Shown here one piece after another: positions 40,745-54,499 of a stretch of DNA of 64,000 nt; the stretch's first letter is position 1, and each line of letters begins with the position of its first letter. The DNA is from Eledone cirrhosa (lineage: Eukaryota). The stretch lies in NCBI GenBank assembly GCA_964016885.1, contig OZ024742.1:295306001-295370000 (forward strand), in the 5' to 3' direction. The translations under genes were made by a program, and so were the position numbers. Under the pieces are notes generated by a model, which was not told the origin of the DNA, searched no databases, and saw only the letters and a list, made by a program, of their open reading frames with translations.

Positions 40745-41090
40745 AGATAAATCTACCAATCAATGGTAGGGTCTAAACCGTATGAAGAACTCAATGTAAT
40801 CCGTATGTAGATGTCGTGAAGCAAAGTTTAGAATACAAAATTTTCAACGATATAATTCATTGGATACAGAGTCAAAAATAGAAATATTAAAACAATGAAA
40901 TTAAACACAAAACGGTTAATTCATCGTAAAACTCATTATTTTACGATCGTTTCTGGTGGGTAGTTCCCCGTATGTCCATTCAATAATTGAATGGACATAC
41001 GGAGAATTACCCCCCAGAAACGATCGTAAAATAATGAGTTTTACTACGAATTAACCGTTTTGTGTTTAATTTCATTGTTTTAATATTTCT
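40745..41090 (-). mobile_element. Fold-back element: arms 40880-40982 / 40988-41090, tail 40745-40879
   Basis: Near-perfect hairpin; each arm has GAAA-CGATCG-TA (hammerhead 3' half). Confidence 0.72.
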
Positions 41091-41097
41091 CTCTCTG

Positions 41098-41130
<33 letters not shown>

Positions 41131-41175
41131 TATATATATAATATATATATATATAATATATATATATATATATAA

Positions 41176-41520
41176 TATTTATTTAGGTTTGATGGTTCAC
41201 CACTGGATAGAGCTGGTCATTCTGTATGGTCAATCTTGGTGTAATAATATGGAGAGTACTCAACATAAAGCAGCTCAACCGTCTTCGTTTGTGTAGTTGG
41301 TGGTGCGAGTACGGAGTTAAATATTATAATAAAATAACAGGAGGCTGGACTTGTGTAAATCCTTGAAAGGGTTATTATACTATGATCATTTCAGTGACCG
41401 GGTTCCGAAATATAATAAATGAATGTAACAGATAAAATCCATGGGGCTGAAAATCATAGACCCGAGGATGACCGACCATCTAGCATCTTCCACTTTAGCT
41501 GGTCACCCTCAATTATTATA
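41176..41520 (-). mobile_element. PLE-type terminal remnant with degenerate hammerhead
   Basis: Minus strand reads tTGAGG gtgacc...ggtcac t GAAA tgatca TA gtata, then an ACTC...GAGTACT tail; flanked by (TA)n. Confidence 0.5.
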
Positions 41521-41854
41521 TATATATAATATATATATAATCATCATCATCATTTTACGTCTGCTTTTCCCTGCTTGCAAGGGTGGGACGGGAACTGATT
41601 CTGGCTTGATTTCTAGAGCTGGATGCCCTTCCTAACACCAACCTCATTTACATGACAACTTTGCAGTGGAATGATATGGACCCTAGTCCCTATCATCTCA
41701 TTTTTACAGCTGAGTAAACTGGAGCAATGTGAAATAAAGTGTCTTGCTCAAGGAAACAACACATCACCCGGTCTGAGAATTGAACTCACAACCTTTCGAT
41801 TGCAGGGCCAATGCTCTAACCACTAAGCCATATGCCTCCATATATATATAATAT

Positions 41855-41886
<32 letters not shown>

Positions 41887-42193
41887 ATATCATCATCATC
41901 ATCATCATCGTTTAATGTCCATCTTCCACGCTTGCATGGGTATATATATATATATATATAATATATATAATATATATAATAATACATATATATAATATAT
42001 ATATATATATATATAATATATATATATAATATATATATATATAATATATATAATATATATATATATAATATATAATATATATATATATTATATATAATAT
42101 ATATATATATAATATATATATATAATATATATATATATAATATATATATATATAATATATATATATATAATATATATATATATAATATATATA

Positions 42194-42914
42194 GAAAGAT
42201 TTGAATGGATACAGTTTAGTTGAAAGGAATTTATTGACACGTGTTTCTATAACAGTTACATAACCTAAAACAGCTGCTATCTACAAACTTTTAGTTATGC
42301 AGACATTCAATATTTCAATGTTATTATTTACTGTCATTTCATCAGAATAATATTACTGAGGACCTATTTAGTTTTTATAGAGAATATTAGGAGGGAGGGG
42401 TGAAGTTGTTAGAAGAATAGTTGAAGGAGTGGTTTTTCGATAGCAGTGAGAATTCTTGGTGGCAGTGAGTAATTAGATTCCCATCTGTTGTTTTGACATT
42501 TTTTATAGAATATATTATTGGTTATTTTTCTAAATCTATAGAAGGATTAGAGATAGTAAAGATATGCGTGGTTGGTTTTGTGTTTGCACTTAATTAACAT
42601 TCAGACTTAAATTTTTCTTTCAAGTGTACGTATCCTTTCACCCACGCATTCACAAACAAATATATTTGCACACCTCTACAAAATACATATACTCACAATT
42701 CACATATTCATACTTACATATATATACACATGCATACACATATATATACACACATGTATTCATGTACATACATACGCGCTCATGTGTATACATTTTCATA
42801 CTCAACTTATCTTTATATACACACGTATAGACACACACATATATACATACATACTCTAGTCCATGTGTACACACATACACATACATACACATCCATATAC
42901 ACATATATACATAC

Positions 42915-42965
<51 letters not shown>

Positions 42966-44415
42966 CACTTTAATACATGAATACACTTACATCTAACTAT
43001 ACACATCAAACATATATATATATTTACTTATTTATATACATTTTCACATATATATACATACTTATGGACGTTTTTAGACACATTCATTATCGCATATTTG
43101 TACCTATTCTCATCAGCATATCTTTCCATTATTAGTGTGGTAATTTAAGGTTATTAATATATGTTGAGAAGAGATTGTTTTTATATTTTTCTAACTAGAT
43201 TAAGGTTTATATAGTTGGGGGATCTCCCTCTTTTATGTAATGTTCGGCTTGTAGTGGGAAAAAAGGGTTTTAGTTCTGTGACGGCAGAATAATGTTCGTT
43301 CAATTCTGTTATTCAGCAGTTTCTTCTTGTGTGTGATTATGTAATAAATCTCAAGATTACACAATTTGCAGAAATTTTGGCTCCTGGAAAAGCTTTGGGT
43401 TTTAGCTAATTTTTCCCATTTTAGGGTAAACTTTTGATCGCTATCCCTGAGCGTCCAAGCTTTTTCTGCTAAAGTTGTTACATTTCTTTGGCTCTGGTGT
43501 TTTATTGAGTAAGAATGCCTATACAATCGAGATTTAAACGATGTTGCCGTTGATCCCACGTAATACCACTCGTTGCCTCCGGATTTAATGGTACACTTAT
43601 AAATAATATTTTTTTCCAGGCAGTTATTGCCGAGGGGGCAGTTGTCAGGATAGGTGCAGTTACAGTTGTGTACGTTGGGTTTTCTCTGGAGTAGTATTGC
43701 GGACGAACTTAGGTGTGGTTTATTTATGTTCTGTAGTGTATTGTTTACTGTTTTTTTTGTGTTCTTTGTACTTAAGTTCTCAGTGTTTTCGTTTAACCTT
43801 CTAGTATTGATCTTTTTTATGTGTTGTTCAAGGTTTAACGCTGTAGAGTATGACAGTCTTATAGTGGTAGGGTTTAGGATTTTGTGGTATTTGTGTGATG
43901 TGGGAAAATGTCTTTTAATTATTTTAAAGAAGAGTACTGGTAAATTTGTACTAATGGAACTATTGTATTCGGGGTTATACCATAAGTACTCTTTGCATCG
44001 CTTTCTATTAGTTTTGTTTGTTGGTTTACTGGTGTGCATACTATGGTAGTAAGTGTGGTTTGGTGTTGTGTTATTATATCTACCTATGTGGGATTTATTT
44101 TGGGTGTTTTGATTGTTCCCATCTATGTACTCTATTTTGTTGAGGTAGCCTGCTTTACTAAGGGCGTTATCGTAGTACTCGGCGTGTTCCTTAAATACTT
44201 GTATGTTAGAAGATAGACCCGAGATTCTAAGGGAAATATTTTTAGGGATAGATTTAATTATAGAGATGGGGTGGTTAGACCCAACATTTACGTATTTGAG
44301 ATTTTCATTCAATTTATGAAACGGTTTAATCAAACCAGAGTTTAAATTGAGTGTGACATCCAGGAAGTTAACTACTTTAAGGTTGTATTCATATGTTATA
44401 GTTAGTCCTATTTCG
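42194..44415 (-). mobile_element. Penelope-like element C, 5'-truncated (RT thumb + Cys linker + GIY-YIG, ORF ends 43233)
   Basis: VNFLDVTLNL, SNHP, CNC...CPLGNNCL...IIYKC...YVGST...FKSRLYRH; long 3' UTR; inserted in (TA)n. Confidence 0.92.
42231..42350 (-). ncRNA. Type-I hammerhead ribozyme motif with long stem II
   Basis: ttatt CTGATGA aatgacagt...actgttata GAAA cacgtg TC aataa: intact core, palindromic stem III, GUC site. Confidence 0.78.
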
Positions 44416-44712
44416 AGTAGTAGTTTTCTTATATCTTTGCGTTATATATATATATATATAATATATATATATAATATATATATATATAATATATATATAT
44501 ATAATATATAATATATATAATATATATATATATATATATAATATATATATATATATATAATATATATATATAATATATATATATATATAATATATATATA
44601 TAATATATATATATATATATAATATATATATATAATATATATATATAATATATATATATATAATATATATATATAATATATATATATATAATATATATAT
44701 ATATATAATTAT

Positions 44713-44743
<31 letters not shown>

Positions 44744-44860
44744 ATTTGAGACTAAATCCATCGATAAGGATAAATATTTATAAACTTTAATCTGTTATTT
44801 TAATAAATATATAATTATATATATATATGTATAATATATATATATATATAATATATATAT

Positions 44861-46655
44861 ATTTATTAAAATAACAGATTAATGTTTAAGCAAAGAATCG
44901 CTGCTTTCACCCTTAACGGGATCTTCTGAAACTAACAAAGTCAATCTGTAAACGCAGAAGTGGATATTTAAAAAAAAGTTGCAACCGGAGGAAGACAGGA
45001 AGATGATACTTTGGTTCGTGGAAACGTTCCCTGGCAAAGAACGGGAAAAAACGAATATAATACATCATTAAAAGGAGCGGTGAAAAACAATTACACGCAA
45101 AGACAGAACCACGTTTATGGTATAAAAGAAGTCGAATTGTAGGAATCGGGTTGATTGCCCCCTATCCGGGAAATGCCTCTCTAGTAACATTGTCTACAAA
45201 TGTAAGGTTGAAACACCCACGTCCCATAGCGCCTACATAGGTTTAACCGCGAATAGATTCAAGCAGCGTCTTTACATGCATACCCATTCTTTTCGTTACC
45301 CTCTAAGAAGGAATATGACGTCACTTTTAGCCTATATCTGGAGTCTAAAAGACAACCACACCCAATATAAGTTACACTGAGAGATCCTAGCTAGGGCTAG
45401 ATCGTATAACAGAAATAAAAGACCATGTGACCTCTGCGCTGCTGAGGCCCTGGAAATACTCTACGCCACAGACCATATTTTAAACAAAAAATCGGAGGCA
45501 ATTTCGGCTTGTAAACATAAATTGCAAAAAACTTTCCTGTATTACAGCCCCACATTATACCCTAATGGATAGTATGATCTATACGTGGATATTTTACGTC
45601 TTGATGTGGTAGCTTCGTATATGTTATGTTTATACCATTACTTATTTGCATAGGTAAGTATATATTACCTGTATGTTTTTTTAAGGTACGTATACTTTCT
45701 CGCACGTATATTTGATTGTAGATGTTTGGCGTATATTTTTATATATTCTGGTACATATGCTTTTGGTTATGTGTATACGGGAGTTTTGCGTCTCTGTGAG
45801 TATGTGGGTTCGTGCGTATGTTGGGTGTGTGTATATGTGTACTTCATGTTTTGGTTGACTTACGTCTCCGAACATTTGTGTATTTACATGTAGGTATGTG
45901 TGTGCGCTTGTTATATACGTATTTATTTATTTATATACGTTTATTTAATTACTTATTTATTTTTATACACGCACACACACACACATATTTATATGTGCGT
46001 GGTTTTGTATACCTATGGCGAGTGTTTTCGCGTATGCTTGTGTATGTACGTATTTGGATGAGTGTATGTATTTATTTAATTTCTATTACCTCTGTATTGT
46101 ATTTTATTTACTTTATTCTTAACTCTGAAGCGGAGAATCATTCGGTTTCCTAGTTAGAATTTTAGTCTACGACTTCAGCTATACCATTTACGTGGTTTTG
46201 TCTTTGCGTGCAATTGTTCGCCACGGTCCACATATGACGTATTATCTTCGTTTTTTCCGTTTATTGCCAGAGAACGTCTCCATGAACCACCTAAGAGAAC
46301 ATTAGTCTACGACTTCTTTTATACCATAAACGTGGTTTTGTCTTTGCGTGTAAATGTTTTTCACCGCTCCTTTTAATAACGTATTATATTCGTTTTTTCC
46401 CGTTCTTTGCCAGGGAACGTGTCCACGAACCAAAGTATCGTCTTCCTGTCTTCCTCCGGTTGCAACGTTTTTTGAAATATCCACTTCTGCGTTTACAGAT
46501 TGACTTTGTTAATTTCAGAAGATCCCGTTAAGGGTGAAAGCAGCGATTCTTTGCTTAAACTTTAATCTGTTATTTTAATAAATATTTGCTCTACGGTTCT
46601 TATATATTTGATATATATTTATCCTTATGGAGCCCTCTTTGGATTTTAGTCTATA
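44861..46655 (+). mobile_element. Penelope-like element B copy 1: inverted pLTR (44861-45134), GIY-YIG fragment (45135-45572), 3' UTR/pLTR and tail
   Basis: NCRNRVDCPLSGKCL...IVYKC...YIGLT; 44861-45134 is the reverse complement of about 46308-46585; homologous to 60291-61742. Confidence 0.9.
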
Positions 46656-46659
46656 AACC

Positions 46660-47150
46660 GTTAAAACATGTTTATATAACAATGCACCTATGTACGTTTC
46701 GCCCAGAATGGGCTTATCAAGGGCATGGAAAACAAAAAAATGATCAATACGCGACCCAGGTGGGGTTTTAAGGTTAAATTCACATCAGAGTTCATTCTTC
46801 GCTTAAGTGCATGTGTTGTTATTACTGCAGAGCACGGGAATAACTTCGGCCGGTGCTCGAACAATCTTGTCCCACTTGGTTTATTTACCCATTCACATGA
46901 TGCTGTTTTGTGTTATTATTTTATGGGTGCTGTTTCACTAATGCCAGTTCAAGCCGGGTCTGGGATGCACCGCTTACCCACCGGAGTGTTATGGTTAGGG
47001 CAGAGGGACCCAGTTTATAGTTTTCATGCCGCAGTCACTTCCCGGGTGAAGTACGACCCCTGCACTCGGTGCCTACAGTTTATGACTGATTCAGCTCTGC
47101 TGTTTATGAGCTCGTGGGGTGTTCTTATGATATAGTAAAGCTCCATGAGG
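46660..47150 (-). mobile_element. Another PLE-like 3' remnant with degenerate hammerhead (46683-46726)
   Basis: Minus strand: tgccc TTGATAA gccca ttc tgggc GAAA cgtaca TA ggtgca. Confidence 0.45.
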
Positions 47151-47550
47151 CATATATATATATTATATATATATATATATAATATATATATATATAATGT
47201 ATATATATATAATATATATATATATATATAATATATATATATATATATAATATATATATATATATAATATATATATATATATAATATATATATATATATA
47301 TAATATATATATATATAATATATATAATATATATATATAATATATATATATATATAATATATATATATATATAATATATATATATATATAATATATATAT
47401 AATATATATATAATATACATATATATATATATATAATATATATATAATATATATATAATATACATATATATATATATATAATAAATATAATATATATATA
47501 ATATACATATAATATACATATATATATATAATAAATATAATATATATATA

Positions 47551-47594
<44 letters not shown>

Positions 47595-47697
47595 CATATA
47601 TATATATATATATATATAGAATATACATATATATATATAATATATATAATATATATATAATATATATATATAATATACATATAATATACATATATAT
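47150..47697. repeat. (TA)n-rich tract
   Basis: Direct inspection. Confidence 0.95.
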
Positions 47698-48757
47698 AAG
47701 AACATAGATTTTACATGTGGCCGGTGCTCTGGTGCAATAAGTAGCAGCAAGTGCCCACAAAATACTAGCTCTTTCAATTGCGCAGAGGGTTCTATAGAAA
47801 TAGTGGACAGCTTCCGTTACCTGGGTGATAAAATCAGCAGTGGGGGAGAGTGCTCTGAAAGTACAGTAGCTAGAGTCAGAACTGGTTGGAAAAAGTTCAG
47901 AGAGCTTATACCACTATTAGCTGCTAAAGGGTTCTCCCTAAAAATGAAAGGCAGGTTGTACGATGCCTGCATACGAACAGCAATGTTGCATGGCAGTGAG
48001 ACCTGGGCATTGTGTGCAGAAGATATACGCAGACTAGAGAGGAACGAAGCTTGCATGCTCCGCTGGATGTGTAACAGTAATATACGTGAACGGCAAAGCA
48101 TAAACGAACTAAGGAAAAAAATTAGAAATAAGAGGGATCAGATGTTGTTTACTCGAGAGAAGGCTATGTTGGTATGGACACGTGATGCGCATGAAAGTCG
48201 ATAGCTGTATATCAAAGTGCAGGGCAATAAAGATAGACGGTAGCCACGGAATAGGCAGACCTAGAAAAGCCTGGGACGAGCTGATAAACTCCGACTTCAC
48301 ACACTTACACCTCTCCAAGACAATGTCACTGGACCGAGACCTCTGGCGGTACTCAGTAACAGAGAAGACCCGCCTTACCTAAATACATAGTAAAACCTAC
48401 TACAGCCAGTAGGCATCTCTAACAAAATACGCCCCCCCCCCATCCACACCACCCCGTTCTATGTAAAGTTATGTTGGTGCCACACCATCCAGGCCGAAAC
48501 AAATGAGATCGTGTAGGTGTCACGACAAAAAAACACACAGTCCACGCTGTAATGTGGCCGTGTAGGCAACACGGTAAAAAACCTCCCAGACCCACACTGT
48601 AAATGTGGTTGGTGTTAGGAAGGGCATCCAACTGTAGAAAACATGCCAGACAGTCCCATGCGAGCAAGACAATCACTCTTGCCTCAAGTGGGACTACCCC
48701 CGTCCAAACCCATGCAAGCGTGGAACACGGACGTTAAACGTTGATGATGATGATGAT
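47698..48757 (+). mobile_element. RTE LINE 3' fragment with frameshift
   Basis: DSFRYLGD...HGSETW ORF, 3' UTR and (GAT)n; embedded in (TA)n. Confidence 0.93.
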
Positions 48758-48822
48758 ATATATATATAATAAATATAATATATATATAATATACATATAT
48801 ATAATATATATATATATAATAA

Positions 48823-48854
<32 letters not shown>

Positions 48855-49077
48855 ATCTATATATATATATAATATATATAATATACATATATATAATATA
48901 TATAATATACATATATATAATATATATAATATATATATATATAATATATATAATATACATATATATAATATATATAATATATATATATATAATATGTGTA
49001 TATTATATATATTATATATATATATGATATATATATATATAATATATAATATATATATATATATATTGTATATATAT

Positions 49078-49108
<31 letters not shown>

Positions 49109-49504
49109 ATATATATAATATATATATATATATATATAATTGTTTCTACTTTTGGCACCCGTAAGGATGAAAGGCAAAGTTAACCTCGGCGGGATTTGAA
49201 CTCAGATCATAAAGGGAGTAATTCTATGCTTCAAAGCATGGCGCCCGACCCTCTACCAAATCAGCCAATCCACCACCTTATAATTATATAGAAATAATTG
49301 TTTCTACTTTTGGCACAAGGCCAGCAATTTTCCCAGTGTATTACTGGTACTTTATTTTATCGACCCCGTAAGGATGAAAGGCAAAGTTAACCTCGGCGGG
49401 ATTTGAACTATAGAAATAATAATAATAAATTTGAAGGCTAAAATCCAAAGCAGGCTCGATAAGGTTAACTATATATAAACTTTAATCTGTTATTTTAATA
49501 AATA

Positions 49505-49536
<32 letters not shown>

Positions 49537-49566
49537 AGATCAAAAGATGGTTAAAAGAGTTCCATG

Positions 49567-49637
49567 TATTTTATTATCCGCATTTCAAAAACAAATATCA
49601 TCATGCAATAATATTTGCGTTTTCGTCAGATAAAATA
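49567..49637 (-). ncRNA. Hammerhead motif, mirror copy
   Basis: tattttat CTGACGA ... GAAA tgcgga TA ataaaata on the minus strand. Confidence 0.7.
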
Positions 49638-49754
49638 GGGAGACATGATATGAAGGTTAAACACACTTATGAATAGTGCACTTTTAAATCAACATATGTT
49701 GATTTAAAACTGCACTATTCACAAGTGTATTTTAACCTTCATATCATGTCTCCC

Positions 49755-49824
49755 TATTTTATCTGACGAAACGCAAATGTTATTGCATGATGATATTTGT
49801 TTTTGAAATGCGCATAATAAAATA
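49755..49824 (+). ncRNA. Minimal type-I hammerhead ribozyme motif
   Basis: tattttat CTGACGA aacgcaaatgttat...atgatatttgttttt GAAA tgcgca TA ataaaata: 8-bp stem I, palindromic stem III. Confidence 0.8.
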
Positions 49825-49949
49825 CATGGAACTCTTTTAACCATCTTTTGATCTTATATATTATTTATACTCCAGTCCTACAATGTGTAGAGTGCTACTT
49901 ATCCGATATCTGCATTGCTTTATTGGTATACAATAAAACTCACCTCCTA

Positions 49950-50715
49950 CATATATATAATATATATATAGATATATAATATATATATAGATATATAATA
50001 TATATATAGATAATATATATATAGATATATAGTATTTATATAATATATATATAGATATATAATATATATATAATATATATATCGATATATAATATATATA
50101 TAATATATATATAGATATATAATATATATATAATATATATATAGATATATAATATATATATAATATATATATATAGATATATAATATATATATAATATAT
50201 ATATAGATATATAATATATATATAGATATATAATATATATATAATATATATATAGATATATTATATATATATAGATATATAATATATATATAGATATATA
50301 ATATATATATAGATATATAATATATATATAGATATATAATATATATATAGATATATAATATATATATAATATATATATAGATATATAATATATATATATA
50401 TATATATAGATATATATAGATATATAATATATATATAATATATATATAGATATATAATATATATATAGATATATAATATATATATAATATATATAATAGT
50501 TATATAATATATATATAATATATATATAGATATATAATATATATATAATATATATATAGATATATAATATATATATAATATATATATAGATATATAATAT
50601 ATATATAATATATATATAGATATATAATATATATATAATATATATATAGATATATAATATATATATAATATATATATAGATATATAATATATATATAATA
50701 TATATATAGATATAT

Positions 50716-50746
<31 letters not shown>

Positions 50747-50972
50747 ATATATATATAATATATATATATATAATATATATATATATAATAATATATATAT
50801 AATATATATATAATATATATATAATATATATATATAATATTATATATATAATATATATATATATAATATATATATATAATATATATATATATAATATATA
50901 TATATAATATATATATATATAATATATATATATATAATATATATATATATAATATATATTATAATATATATA

Positions 50973-51025
<53 letters not shown>

Positions 51026-51075
51026 TATATATATATAATATATATATATAATATATATATATAATATATATATAT
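49950..51075. repeat. 1.1-kb (TA)n/(TAGA) degenerate microsatellite
   Basis: Direct inspection. Confidence 0.95.
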
Positions 51076-51384
51076 ACATTCTCGCTTAATTCTGTCATAT
51101 TTTCATATTCTGTCGTATTATCATAACAAAAACAAATCACTATTATATATTCCTTTAAATATATTTTGTTAAACTTGCTAAGTTCTACGCAAAACTTCTA
51201 GTACCTATTTAAACTCTTAACCTCTGCTCCATCCCATCTTCTACCCCATACCCATACATCATGCTGGTTCCTGCCCCCCCCCATCCCTCTCTATACATAT
51301 AAGATAAATCCCTACCAAAATTAATCACAATCGCCAACTCGCTATTTCTGGGATGGCTGTTCTTGCGGTATAAAGTAACGTTCA

Positions 51385-54300
51385 AATATTTTTCTCGATT
51401 CTTCTCTCCATTCGAATCCATTCATTCAATCACTATTCTATGTCCTAATTTCACACTATATCATATTTTCACCATTCTATATCATATTTTTTCTCGATTC
51501 TTCTCTCCATTCAAATCATTCATTCAATCACTATTCTATGTCCTAATTTCACACTATATCATATTTTCACCATTCTATATCATATTTTTTCTCTAAAAAT
51601 CATATTTTCCCTATCACCGCATTTTCTCTATCGTATTTTCTTAAACAAAACAAATCTTGTATTTTCGTTTATTGTTAAATTATGCCCAAAATACGGCGAT
51701 CTTATCTTAAACCTTACATTCTCGCTAACAACACATCATTCAATCACTATTCTATGTCCTAATTTCACACTATATCATAATTTTCACCATTCTATATCAT
51801 ATTTTTTCTCTAAAAATCATATTTTCCCTATCACCGCATTTTCTCTATCGTATTTTCTTAACAAAAACAAATCTTGTATTTTCGTTTATTGTTAAATTAT
51901 GCCCAAAATACGGCGATCTTATCCTTAAACCTTACATTCTCGCTAACTATTTTTCTCGATTCTTCTCTCCATTCGAATCCATTCATTCAATCACTATTCT
52001 ATGTCCTAATTTCACACTATATCATATTTTCACCATTCTATATCATATTTTTTCTCTAAAAATCATATTTTCCCTATCACCGCATTTTCTCTATCGTATT
52101 TTCTTAAACAAAACAAATCTTGTATTTTCGTTTATTGTTAAATTATGCCCAAAATACGGCGATCTTATCTTAAACCTTACATTCTCGCTAACAACACATC
52201 ATTCAGTCACTATTCTATGTCCTAATTTCACACTATATCATATTTTCACCATTCTATATCATATTTTTTCTCTAAAAATCATATTTTCCCTATCACCGCA
52301 TTTTCTTAAACAAAACAAATCTTGTATTTTCGTTTATTGTTAAATTATGCCCAAAATACGGCGATCTTATCTTAAACCTTACATTCTCGCTAACAACACA
52401 TCATTCAATCACTATTCTATGTCCTAATTTCACACTATATCATATTTTCACCATTGTATATCATATTTTTTCTCTAAAAATCATATTTTCCCTATCACCG
52501 CATTTTCTCTATCGTATTTTCTTAAACAAAACATATCTTGTATTTTCGTTTATTGTTAAATTATGCCCAAAATACGGCGATCTTATCTTAAACCTTACAT
52601 TCTCGCTAACTATTTTTCTCGATTTTTCTCTCCATTCGAATCCATTCATTCAATCACTATTCTATGTCCTAATTTCACACTATATCATATTTTCACCATT
52701 CTATATCATACTTTTTCTCGATTCTTCTCTCCATTCGAATCCATTCATTCAATCACTATTCTATGTCCTAATTTCACACTATATCATATTTTCACCATTC
52801 TATATCATATTTTTTCTCTAAAAATCATATTTTCCCTATCACCGCATTTTCTCTATCGTATTTTCTTAAACAAAACAAATCTTGTATTTTCGTTTATTGT
52901 TAAATTATGCCCAAAATACGGCGATCTTATCTTAAACCTTACATTCTCGCTAACAACACATCATTCAATCACTATTCTATGTCCTAATTCCACACTATAT
53001 CATATTTTCACCATTCTATATCATATTTTTTCTCTAAAAATCATATTTTCCCTATCACCGCATTTTCTCTATCGTATTTTCTTAAACAAAACAAATCTTG
53101 TATTTTCGTTTATTGTTAAATTATGCCCAAAATACGGCGATCTTATCTTAAACCTTACATTCTCGCTAACAACACATCATTCAATCACTATTCTATGTCC
53201 TAATTTCACACTATATCATATTTTCACCATTCTATATCATATTTTTATCTTAAACCTTACATTCTCGCTAACAACACATCATTCAATCACTATTCTATGT
53301 CCTAATTTGACACTATATCATATTTTCACCATTCTATATCATATTTTCCCTATCACCGCATTTTCTCTATCGTATTTTCTTAAACAAAACAAATCTTGTA
53401 TTTTCGTTTATTGTTAAATTATGCCCAAAATACGGCGATCTTATCTTAAACCTTACATTCTCGCTAACAACACATCATTCAATCACTATTCTATGTCCTA
53501 ATTTCACACTATATCATATTTTCACCATTCTATATCATATTTTTTCTCTAAAAATCATATTTTCCCTATCACCGCATTTTCTCTATCGTATTTTCTTAAA
53601 CAAAACAAGTCTTGTATTTTCGTTTATTGTTAAATTATGCCCAAAATACGGCGATCTTATCTTAAACCTTACATTCTCGCTAACTATTTTTCTCGATTCT
53701 TCTCTCCATTCGAATCCATTCATTCAATCACTATTCTATGTGCTAATTTCACACTATATCATATTTTCACCATTTTATATCATATTTTTTCTCGATTCTT
53801 CTCTCCATTCGAATCCATTCATTCAATCACTATTCTATGTCCTAATTTCACACTATATCATATTTTCACCATTCTATATCATATTTTTTCTCTAAAAATC
53901 ATATTTTCCCTATCACCGCATTTTCTCTATCGTATTTTCTTAAACAAAACAAATCTTGTATTTTCGTTTATTGTTAAATTATGCCCAAAATACGGCGATC
54001 TTATCTTAAACCTTACATTCTCGCTAACTATTTTTCTCGATTCTTCTCTCCATTCGAATCCATTCATTCAATCACTATTCTATGTCCTAATTTCACACTA
54101 TATCATATTTTCACCATTCTATATCATATTTTTTCTCTAAAAATCATATTTTCCCTATCACCGCATTTTCTCTATCGTATTTTCTTAAACAAAACAAATC
54201 TTGTATTTTCGTTTATTGTTAAATTATGCCCAAAATACGGCGATCTTATCTTAAACCTTACATTCTCGCTAACAACACATCATTCAATCACTATTCTATG

Positions 54301-54499
54301 TCCTAATTTCACACTATATCATATTTTCACCATTCTATATCCTATTTTTTCTCTAAAAATCATATTTTCCCTATCACCGCATTTTCTCTATCGTATTTTC
54401 TTAAACAAAACAAATCTTGTATTTTCGTTTATTGTTAAATTATGCCCAAAATACGGCGATCTTATCTTAAACCTTACATTCTCGCTAACAACACATCAT
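51385..54499. repeat. Modular tandem array, base period about 216 bp, about 12 copies
   Basis: Marker TGCCCAAAATACGGCGA recurs with spacings 217, 246, 202, 216, 344, 216, 298, 216, 344, 245 and 216 bp. Confidence 0.95.

Larger units (their letters stand above)
49536..49950 (+). mobile_element. Fold-back element: spacerless ~160-bp arms (49536-49855) plus tail 49856-49950
   Basis: Palindrome centred on ATCAACATATGTTGAT; hammerhead in each arm; flanked by (TA)n. Confidence 0.8.

Noticed and set aside
45378-45380. In-frame TGA in PLE B copy 1 as recoding
   Set aside because: Copy 2 has TGG (Trp) at this position, so it is a simple nonsense mutation.
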